NCBI RefSeq assembly: GCF_001186125.1
Contig: NW_014040029.1
Span: 1-63,288 of the forward strand
Reading direction: 5' to 3'
Length of the DNA stretch: 63,288 bases
DNA from: Sphaeroforma arctica JP610
Lineage: Eukaryota
The translations under genes and the position numbers were made by a program. Numbering within the stretch: position 1 is the first letter of the stretch; the number at the start of each line of letters is the position of its first letter. Below, piece by piece: positions 9,347-54,502 of this stretch. The notes below the pieces were generated by a model, which saw only the letters and a program-made list of their open reading frames with translations, had not been told where the DNA came from and ran no database searches.

Positions 9347-11827
9347 AAGGCGGGAGAGGTTCACAAAGCGTATATGGAGACTGTTGTTTCACATGCAAGA
9401 ATCTAGAATAACTAAATGGAAAAGTTGATGAAATTTGTTGGTGCAATAAGCATCGAACCAACCAAAGCGTTCATTCTATATAAATAAGAATGATAGCACA
9501 AAACGGTGTAAGTATGATCATAGCCTTCTGGAACTATTCAAAAGGTTATGGTAAGATACGAATTGAATGTTTTCCTCGTATGATAATTATAGAAGCAACT
9601 TAAACTCGACAAAATTAAGAAAATTTCTCAAAAAGTGATTTATGGCATCCAAAAACTTTTGCGTACACAAATTCAGTGTTGCTTTATATTAAAGTTTTTT
9701 CTCTTCAATTTATTTAACGTGATTGCGCGCACGGCTGTGATAGCGTGCATCCAATTTCCACTTCTCTATAGATTTCGAGTAGGAAAACATGTCACGGAGA
9801 CTGACATATTCCCATTCTAAAGCTACGGCACCTACCTAATACAATACCATCTATAGAAGATACGATAGCTCAATCTGAGTGACTGATCATGAAATATTGA
9901 AGGCGAAAGAGGTTTCCAAAGCGTATATTGAAGCTGTTATTTTACATGCAAGAATTCACAATAACTAATTAGAAAAAATTGCGAAAATTGTAGAGTAGTC
10001 AACCTAAGTGTTTTGGGATTCTATAACAAGGATGTTGAAACAAAATGGGGTAAATAAGATACGAATTGAATGTTTTCCTCGTTACCTATAGAAGCAACCT
10101 AAACACGGTAAAATTAATGAAACTTCTCAAAAAGCGATTCTGGCACCCAACCTTGCACAAATTCAGTATTATTTATTACATCAAATTCACATTGTTTGTT
10201 CATTTACTCTGGCTTAGACAACACGCGTCGGAGAATAGTTTACAGTATTTTTACATGTTGTCTTTGAGATATAAATACAGCGGAAAATTAATCGAGCCCC
10301 TCGATCTTCGCCCGGTGTATGGGTAAGTGGGGCACTCCTGAAAACATATGGGTCGTATTTGATACTTATGATGAGCGCAATGTAACATAGAAACCGAAAA
10401 TCATTTCTATATGAACCCCTTCGCAAGGCAAACGTCTACTAGTCTATCATTATTGAATATGACTTCTGCGTGCAAGTACCATTGTAATTCAAATTTTATT
10501 GCGCAGGATTGACATGCGGGCCTTGGCAGCTTGTCAACTTCCCTCACGTCACCATACTAACATATAAAAAGGGCAATAATGTGACACCCCAGCCGACCAA
10601 ATTTCGAAACATGATTATAGGTTAAAAAATCAAGGTGTGCGTCCCAAGTATGAATGATGTGCGTCGAGGTTTGTGATGGTGTTCCGTACTTTTGCAGTAG
10701 ATCGACAAAAATCCGACCAATCCCTCCACGTGACAGTGAATTGCTTTTACCGAACCAACACAATTGCGCAATTTCGAATTTAGAAAGTTCGCTGAATTGA
10801 AGCGTTCGGTGAGACCACCTTCATGTCGATTGAATCATGCCGATTCAACTTCATGTCGGTTAACTTACATTTTGGTTGGGAATCTGGTCATAGATACATA
10901 TCAACGAAACTGACGAAATTTGCACGGTACTTTCGAAGGTCAGCTAGCCGTCGAGCTCGCTTAGAGCGACAATGAGCTGTGCTCGAAATGAAGGACTGTC
11001 GACCCAGACTAGTCTTACTTGAATCTATTTTTGTCGAGATCAAGGTATGATATAGTATACACGTGATTTACTTAAAACCTGCTAGGAGAGCATATGATAG
11101 TCATATCAAGACTGATGAAAAATATCACACTGTCGAAAATATAAAAGATTCATTCACGATTATGGCTAAATGATAGGATGTGATTCCTACTGACGTAAAT
11201 CCCTAACGCGATCAGATTTAGGAGCGGAGCAAATCGGCGCTACTGGTCACGAACTTCACCGCCATTCGATACATTGGGTAGCTGTACCATATACGACATT
11301 GAATCCGACTAGGAAACATTCAATGTTCCTAGTTTGATAACGATAAGGAATTCGTCATTATTAAACCAATAACGAAACACATGGGGAGTCGATAGTTTTG
11401 GCACATGATTCCTACAACAATGTTTACAACCAATCACACTTTTCGAGATATGAAACATCACAGAATGATGGTAGATTGAATGCCATTTCTGAACATTGTG
11501 TGCCAGGACATGATTGCTCATGAATAATTCGAATGGTAGAAGAAAGTCTGCGATGATAGGAGAGTTGTCCAGTTGCGCCAGTGGTCGGTCTCCCGTCTTC
11601 ACATCTATCAGAGTCTACAAATCACATTGGATTATTTCCCAATAGCGGTAGGACGAGCCGAAATTCAATTCAAGCAATGTCATCCGACAATAAATTTTAC
11701 TATGCTAGCCACGATTATCCATTCATTCCCCAGCAGACAGCCTGCTGTGTTGTTGCGATGAAAACGTTTGCAAAAACTCTGAGGTAAAATTGAAAAGCTC
11801 TTGGTGGCTAGCACATAAAGTATATTT

Positions 11828-45820
<33,993 letters not shown>

Positions 45821-47631
45821 GCTGGCCGAGTCCTTTGTAGTGTGTTGCTCATTTTGACCTTTAGACAATTCTGAGTTCTGGACATCGTAAATCAATGGAA
45901 TCTCAATTCAATGCGTTTGCCATCAATATTTTTATCTATCTCCATTTGGATGAGTACGGGATTGCTGCTCGATGCATAAGTACATAGCTGAAGTTAAAAA
46001 AATATCTCACTCGACGTGCCGTGTTCATTATGGGTTTATACGTGTAAAGTGAGCCACGCAGTAGTGTGCGGAAAAACGTGAAGCTTAGCAAGCCCATTAC
46101 TGCTCATTCATATTATATCCACGTCTGTATATTATTCGTAGATAGTTATGATCTCTACAGCTGTAGTCAAGTAGAAACCAAACTTGTAGTACAAATTTAT
46201 AATCGATACTGGCGAATTCGTCTATAAAAACTGGCTTGACAAGCAATAGATAAGGCTATAGTTAAGATGCAACTAAACAGAACTAGCCCATATACACTAT
46301 CTCGACAACTCACACGCAATTCATGTCTCTGCAATCCCACAACAACTCACCAGAACGAACTTCCAAGGTCGTACAAATAACAACTCACAGTATTCTAGAA
46401 GGTAGAGAAGTGAAACGACATGTGTAGGGTTGTAAATGAGATAATGTCACCACGGTCTGTATAGCTCAACATTAACTATCAGGTATGTGTATATTCTAAG
46501 ACACGAAATAGCTATCGTAAATGTCAGCACAGAAACCTGCACACACAAATAGTGGGGGCTATGAACGTTTATCTTTAACGCAGCACAGCAAAAAAAAAGG
46601 AATACCAACTACTAGCTACATATAAATCTCCCAGTTGCGCCTCTTTTAAAGAGGCATTTCACGATACCCACGTACTACATATCAATATACAACCACTATA
46701 TCGCATAACCACGTGCATACCAAACTTCCATCGACATGCACCATACATATCAATACACATCCACTATATCGCACAATGAGGTACATCCTGTAACTTACAA
46801 CGAATGAAGCGACGGAATTCGTCATAGATATTGATATAAAACAACTGTATACCCTAACTATGCAAACACAACCACTATATCGCACAACCACAGGCATACC
46901 TGAACATCCAATGATTGCAGGTCGACAGGACGCTTGCCTTCTGAATGAATGCCTTGCGCCTTTGTGGGTTGGCGCAATCCCAAGCGCCGCATATTGGCTT
47001 ATATATTGTATACTTATTGAACACCAGATCATACTCGATATATAGCGCCTTTACCAATAGCAAACTCTATCGTGAAACTCAATCATAAATACTGCCTGCG
47101 TGTGATGCTAAATATATATCCACTGTGCAGCATATGTTAGTCCATCGCGTACGTTCTCATCATCAAAGAGATTTCATTACCTAGAGATCGTAGGTTTTAA
47201 TTTTGTCTATTGATTGATTAGACCCAACTGGTGCTTCTGTGAGCTGTGTACGCGATTAGTTCTAAAAATTACAAACCACAACTAATCCTCAGAAGCGTTA
47301 ATGTATTAGTCGATATGCAGAAGCACTCAGAACTTTAGGGCTTAAGTGGTGTTCTGAGTGTGTCAAGCACCGTAATCGCATACATATGCCAGGCCTGGAA
47401 CTCAGCGAGCTAATATACATAATAGTATACAGCAAGTGGCCTATGTATAATATACAGAATAGTATACAGCAAGTGACCTATGTACATAATATTTTTATAC
47501 AATGCCGAAACTTTCGTGTTCGGTGCCATCGTCGAATCGTTTAGAACCGAGTAGCCCGCCAAATTATATTTGGCCCACCTTTTTGGTATCTGTTTTTTAC
47601 CAAAAACAAAAGACATATTTACTTCCGCTTT

Positions 47632-47818
47632 GTCATAGCCTTCTGAAGTTCTTTTTCTGAAGGCTATGCCGCTATGGTATTAATTAAATATGGCTTTCTG
47701 TACAATAAAATAGAGTATGTGCTTTTAGGTCTCTTGGTATGTATTTATCATGTAGCGTAGCTGCGTATTGTGGTGTCCAAGAGACCTGAAAACAGTTTCT
47801 ATTTTAGAAGGCAATGAC
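47632..47818. mobile_element. Small non-autonomous element (MITE-like), CATAGCCTTCT family
   Basis: Ends gtcatagccttct ... agaaggcaatgac (13-bp IR, 1 mismatch); subterminal hairpin catagccttc..gaaggctatg; internal IR ttttaggtctcttgg / ccaagagacctgaaaa. No clear TSD. Confidence 0.6.
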
Positions 47819-47928
47819 TGTGGTAATTGTCTTGGGTCTCTTTGTGGCGATCATCTCCTTGATTTCATATAATATATGTATATAGTAGTATACGTGTATT
47901 TCTATAATATGCAACACACATGTTATGC

Positions 47929-47964
<36 letters not shown>

Positions 47965-48549
47965 ATCATATATTCACACATCGTTCAGCAACTGAGGTAT
48001 ATGTGCGAGAAGGCAACAAGAAATATAGCAACAACAGAAATGTAAAAGTATGAATACAATAGCAACTATAAACAACAGTGGTCGAAATGTTTAATATTCG
48101 TTTCGTACTGTCGTACCTATTATACAAGTGGTTCTAATAGTCACCATAGTTCGATGTATGTATTTGTATTCTCTTCAGCTCATGACACATGCTGGCTGAG
48201 GACGTAGCGAAACATATGTACAAATCACATTTACACGCGTTGCTGAGTTATATTACCCAAGAGATACGCTTGACGACGGATTCGGTCTCACCTAGCCATA
48301 TCTTCTGTTACGTTTATATCCTTTTATATTGTATCCTGTTACATTTATATCGTTGTAGATTTTTTTTGGTTTCCTCGCATTACAGTATTCGAAAGGCCGC
48401 ATCTGAGTGCGGAGGACCGCGCACAGAGGGAAACTCCGAGCTGAAGTGCTGTACACAGACAGTCTTATTCACTGTCTATGCACCGGTGAAATAGTGTAAA
48501 ACAATCAAGCACATGAATCACACCTAACGTAGCGTGAAGTAACATGGCA

Positions 48550-48580
<31 letters not shown>

Positions 48581-48634
48581 CATTAATAGTGATGTAGTGC
48601 TACGAACATGAATTACACGCGCTTGTTTGCGTGC

Positions 48635-51600
48635 TCATGTGACGGTTGCTCTGGTATTCTTGGGTTGCCTGAGGAGAAACTGTTGTGCCGATTCAGCACA
48701 GGACTGAAGTGTTGTATATGGCATCGATGTACTTCGCGCAACAAACGATGTTGGCAGGTCTGGTTGGCTGCTTACAACTGTTTCGATGGACGCGGGAACG
48801 GAATTTTTCCTCGATAAGCTGCAGATGTGCATGAATAAAGAAAGTGGATTTAGAATCATAGTTCTAGCGTTGAGCGACTAATTTGCTCGGCATCCTGAGC
48901 TCACGTTCTGTACAAAATATATGTCGTAGCCGCATCATATCTACAGAGAATACAGCCAATTGTACAGGTTCAAAACATCTCACAGAAACTCACTATGAAC
49001 TGTATTGATCATATGTCGGATCGAGCAAAAAACTACCATGTCACTGAATCAGGGTACTATGTACCACAGACCCATGTTACTTCAACTTACTCGCAGAGGG
49101 GGTCAGAATCATCGCTGTTCCTCACGCTTCTGTCGACTGAATTGAACTTGTCAGTATACGACTGCGCTGTCAGGCACATCTTCGGGTCTCTGTTGTGGTC
49201 TATGTCACCCCCTCGCGATTTGCTATACGGCAGTGGAGGGCCCATTGAGCATCCGGGCAAGGACGCGGTGCTGAATGTATTAAGACAGAATGCGGGATTA
49301 GCTTGCAAGAATCAAATTTTATGAGCATGTAGACTTATCGCCATGTGTGATGGGTATTAGACCGACTGTTGAGCTTGCAAGAATCAAATTTTATGAGCAT
49401 GTAGACTTGTCGCCATGTGTGACGGGTATTAGACCGACGATGGGTTCGAATGTACATTAAAGAACTCCCATCACGGGCGACAAGTTCAGCATGTATCTAT
49501 GGAAAGTATACGTTGTGTATAAACAGTTCGTGCAAATATGTTGGTATACTCATATTCATATATATGGCTGTACTACAACAGCATAATCTCATCTTATTTA
49601 TCCAACGCTACAGGCACATCAGATTGACCCTACTCTTATTGACTGCACAGCAGCAAATCACAAAACCCGTCATATAACGTATTTGAGCATGTTGAACATA
49701 GATACCTGGTAATCCCAATGCCTCGCTGCACAGTACCAATCAACGTGCACTTCCACAAGACGCCTGAATTGTACAGAGGCTTATACTTTCCCTTACGCCT
49801 GAATAGCAAGCTTGTGCGTAGCGCTAGTTGCATCTATAAAGTCGAGGGGCTGCAACTATCATTAATCGGTACACTGATTTTAGAGAAAGCCCATGTGGAC
49901 TAATATGATATACACGCATAGATGAACTCACCTGCACACATGTTTTGGAGAGGAAAACGCGGCTGAGCTCAAATTGCTTTTGTAATGAGCTGCTCTTGTC
50001 TCGAATTCGCTGGTGGTCACGGATACGTTGAAGTCAAACGTCTGCAGAAGAAATTAGACATATATGCACGATGCGATATGAATATTGTTGAGAAAAAACG
50101 TGCAGTACTGGTTGTGGAGACGATAGTGACACTAATGCACAGCTGCTGCCCTTTACGTACGTCTTCTTCAACAAGCAACAGCGGACAAACACGAGAAAGT
50201 ATTTATACCTAGTCGACGAGTTAAATTGTGCAAAACACCTGCATGGCTTTCGTGTATACAATCCCAAATCATAGAATTAAGATCATACCTGTAGAATCCA
50301 GTGTTCAACTGTGTTCAAATGCGGAATGGAAACATCTCCCCAATACGCCCAGGCCTTATTTAGATATGTTAAGTCCTCTACATACTTGGACGCGAGTACT
50401 ATGCAGCAGAGCATCAAGCATTTCGTACACCGCTGTTCGTATAAAAATAGTGTAATTTGTTAGCGTTTGTCCTTGCCCTGATTTCCGATTACAGGTATCG
50501 AGTCAACCCGTGGTTAATCAGTACTGCTATCGTTCCGGACTAGATACCTAAATGAAAACAAACACGTTCATCGACTCGCCAAAATCGAACCGAGCCGCCT
50601 ACCATCTAAAATTTAGGCCACGTGATATTGATGCTGAAAAATTTTCTTCACGTCCATATGAGGACTTGATATATCTATATATCTATATATATATATAAAT
50701 ATATAAATATACTCGTATATATATATATATATATATATATACTACGTATATATATATATATATAGACGACGACGTAGTTAGTTTAGTTTTTACGTTTTTT
50801 ACTTTTTACGTTTTACGTTAGTTTAAATTTAATTTAACTTAAACCTAACCTACNNNNNNNNNNNNNNNNNNNNNNNNNNNNNNNNNNNNNNNNNNNNNNN
50901 NNNNNNNNNNNNNNNNNNNNNNNNNNNNNNNNNNNNNNNNNNNNNNNNNNNNNNNNNNNNNNNNNNNNNNNNNNNNNNNNNNNNNNNNNNNNNNNNNNNN
51001 NNNNNNNNNNNNNNNNNNNNNNNNNNNNNNNNNNNNNNNNNNNNNNNNNNNNNNNNNNNNNNNNNNNNNNNNNNNNNNNNNNNNNNNNNNNNNNNNNNNN
51101 NNNNNNNNNNNNNNNNNNNNNNNNNNNNNNNNNNNNNNNNNNNNNNNNNNNNNNNNNNNNNNNNNNNNNNNNNNNNNNNNNNNNNNNNNNNNNNNNNNNN
51201 NGTGTATGTATGTGTGTGTGTGTGTGTGTGTGTGAGGGAGTGTGTTTGTGTTTGTGTATATGGATATATTTAGTATGTTATACTTGATCGTCAGAAGGTG
51301 ATATCATTCGATTCTATCATTTGCTTATTTGACGCGTGCCGCCAGCATTAATAATATCAATCACTTCAATTGGAGCCAAAGAACAATATATCACATACCT
51401 GGTGGTCGTTATTAGGCCCAGTCTTGCTTAGCACCCGGCGGTAATATATCAGAGCCACAATATATACTGATCGACTCACATCAGCTCGGTGCAATAAATG
51501 TCTAACGAACTGCGAGAAATTCTCTATTTTGTGAGAATGACTGTGTTGCGGAAATTTGAAAATGTCTGTATCTGGCTTGAAAATCGATTTAGGATTCTTC

Positions 51601-52106
51601 ACCGCGGGTTGTGACTGTTGCTCCTGTTGTCGTAGTTGCTGGTGCTTCTGATGGGTAATTGTCCTTCTCTCGGCCTCTGCATAGTTGTAGTTTTCATTCT
51701 TACAAGCACTGTCTTGAAATGTGTACGGGGGAGGAGGAACGGGAGCATTGCCCTTCTGTGTACTCTGTAGAGGAGAACTATCCCCACTGTCGTGCGAAGA
51801 GACAGATATGAAAGTATTGGCGTCGGCATCCAGGTTTGTTGAAATCCCATCTCTTGTATGTTTTCCCAAGATTGGATGCATTTTACTATTCTCCCTATAG
51901 TTAGTATTGTCATAATTGCCATCCGAGATCTCTATAATTGAGTGTACATCTAATACTATAGTATCTTGTGACATTTCGGGAACCTCGTGCCTGACGGAAT
52001 GAGGGGCAGCTACTCTGATTACTTTCCCATTTTTATTATTTACTGATGGCTGTATAAACCATGCGCCCAACTTGGAAATGGAGGAGGAGAAGCAACTCAA
52101 AGTCAT
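48635..52106 (-). CDS. PHO80/Pcl (P/U-type) cyclin-domain protein
   Basis: Exon 51399-52106 ends FSQFVRHLLHRADVSRSVYIVALIYYRRV; exon ~50289-50420 LMLCCIVLASKYVEDLTYLNKAWAYWGDVSIPHLNTVEHWILQ; exon 49932-50041 TFDFNVSVTTSEF. Together these give the cyclin box ASKY.ED....N..W......LN..E...L...DF.L.V. The 3' exons (49.1-49.8 kb, 48.6-48.8 kb) and the stop are uncertain. Confidence 0.85.
49300..49438. repeat. Tandem duplication, 72-bp period, 2 copies
   Basis: agcttgcaagaatcaaattttatgagcatgtagactt.tcgccatgtgtga.gggtattagaccgac at 49300 and 49372. Confidence 0.95.
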
Positions 52107-53563
52107 TTTGGTGCTACGACTCAGATGATACACGTACACTAATGCGATTCGAGTCAGGAAATACTTCAGTGTATGGCAGCCTAGTAGCAGGAATGATACT
52201 ACACTAGTATGCAGTGAGAAGGTGTTAAACATCCAAAATGTGCTAGCACAACGATGGCGGTTGAACAACCCAAATGCGATTGTTATGCAGTGCTGTAATA
52301 ATGGATATATGCGAAAATTTATACACATAAATATACATACGGATGCGTAATGAATTACAAGATAGTGTCTTTCATACGAGATATGATAATTATAGTCAGT
52401 TGTGCAGTGGGCAATGAAGCCCTGTTATTTATTTATATATTATTTAAAAAAAACAGAAGACCAGATAGCAGTACTTCCAATTATGCAACGCAGCTTCCAC
52501 ACATAAGATTGTAAATTTGGGATAAAGCTTTTTTAAAAGTTTGCGACACTCTTTACGCTATTCTCCACTCTATTCTCCACGTATTTAATTTAACTTTTGA
52601 GTGAACAGCAGGACGACACTCGACAGCCGACAGGTACAGGACATTTTCTAAATATACGCTAGCTGGTCATTCTAATGCGTCAACGACTCAGTGAGCATTT
52701 TTGAAAGAAAAAAAATTTGAGGTTCTGGATCAAAACCCTGCATCACTGTGATTTGATCACTAAGTTCATTGGGAGTTTCCGTGGCAACTCGACTCTTTGT
52801 GAAATTTTACTGGAGGATAGTGCGGAGATGAAATTTATAGAGAAAAGAAGCAAAAAAAACCCCCTATTAGACTCTATAGAGTTTGCAAAAACTTCGGTGA
52901 GCCACTCTGAATCTGAGCCTTTTCCTTTCTTTTCAATCAGAAATAATCTCTCTCTCTCTCTCTCTCCTTCTCTCGCGCGGTAGTCGCCTAATACGCACTA
53001 CTAAATACATGCATAGTAATATTTAATTTTGGACCAGAAATATGCATTTGTAAGATGACGGGGCCACATCGGCACATCCACAGTGAATCTATTACTCTGA
53101 GTATCAGTGGCACAGTCCATAGTCCAGACCCCATAGTTCAGACTCTGCATTGAGATCGTGGTGCTTTACATAACCTTCTAAATCAGACAAGAATGTTTGA
53201 TTTAGAATCCTATGTGCTTTACTATTATAAGTTCGACGACTGAATAACTTCAAGACCTTAGGCCTCATCGCACATGTGTTCACCTTGTAGCCAATGACAA
53301 TATACAGAAGCAGCAGCTAGGCTGAATATACATTGTCACTGCGATCAAATGTAAGGAACTACCAAAATGTGTGAACATCATTCGCAGCCCATTGTTGGCC
53401 GCATTGCCAGGCGCAACTCGTGCATAATTAGAGTGACATATATAGATTACAAATCATCATATTTTATGCTCTGCTTTCAATCCTTAAATACTTATGTGCA
53501 AATTATAAGCCTCGCGAACTCCCGTAGATACAAGCAATTGTGATGTGAATCTATAATCCCACG

Positions 53564-53763
53564 TAGGCGGGTCTTCTGAGAAGCTGCAAGCGTCATTGAA
53601 GAATTTTACAGTACCGGTTTCTTACCGATGCTTGAAAACTATACTAGCTTGCATGTATAGACGGGCCTCCTGAGAAGTTGCAAGCGTCATTGAAGAATCG
53701 TATAGTACAGGTTTCTTACCGATTCTTAAAAACTATACTAGCATGCATGTATAGACAGACTTC
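53564..53763. repeat. Tandem duplication, 94-bp period, 2 copies
   Basis: ctgagaag.tgcaagcgtcattgaagaat ... ggtttcttaccgat.ctt.aaaactatactagc.tgcatgtatagac occurs twice. Confidence 0.95.
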
Positions 53764-54502
53764 TTGCTTGTCGCTACCCCAGATTCTAAATATAAGCTAT
53801 GTCTTGTACCCAATGACAACCCACTTGCTATAGGAGGGAGCTTCATACGACTCCCAAAAATACACTCTGAATGTTCAATCTGCAAATAGATTGTGTGTTG
53901 TTGTGCCCCATTTGTATTACTGCAAAAAGTCTTTCTGAAAATGCGTAATATTGGCTATAAATGCCAATTACAGAACGGATTTCCGAAGCCAGCAAAGGCA
54001 TTGTTTTATAACGCATAATAGATTATCTGCCAGTCTTTTATTTTCACTCAGTCGTTTAACTGCTCTCCTTAATACATGATATAGAGAGGCAGTGGGGAGC
54101 ATCAAAGGTGGCTCTTATACCACTAACAATTGCGAAATACGTTTCTCGAACTGCCTTTCTTTCACAAGACCACACTTTGAACACTATTGAACTACAACAT
54201 TACGTGTCTAATATTTGTCAAGTCTGAACACTGGAATTCATAACACGCGCTAAATAAACTTGCCGGTAGTATTCTATTGAACTGAAGAGCCTCCAATATT
54301 TGCACTGCCGCCCACACGAACGCAGTGATGGCTTTTTATATACACCGACGACTCGGGCCACAGTGCCCATCATTCCGTCGGCCTCTTCGATATGAATGAC
54401 ATCCTGATTTTGCTTTGCTATATTTTTAAGTTTTTATGCAGCTAGACTGCCTGCAAACGCATATTGTTTGTAGTAACAATCCCTTGGCAATTCGAAGGCC
54501 AT

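Larger units (their letters stand above)
4236..10200. repeat. ~540-bp tandem repeat (about 3 diverged units), second unit split by the YR retrotransposon
   Basis: Unit marker gtaggaaa.cat...tgacaYattcccattct at 4236, 4777 and 9778. Unit 1 is 541 bp; unit 2 (4777-4890 + 9347-9777) is 545 bp; unit 3 is partial. Shared blocks include caaagcgtatat, cacatgcaagaat, ttttcctcgt and tagaagcaacctaaac. Confidence 0.9.

Noticed and set aside
11692..11827. 10-bp inverted repeat tgctagccac / gtggctagca just after the POLQ stop (SECIS-like?)
   Set aside because: POLQ ends in TAA, I saw no in-frame TGA needing recoding, and there is no SECIS core.
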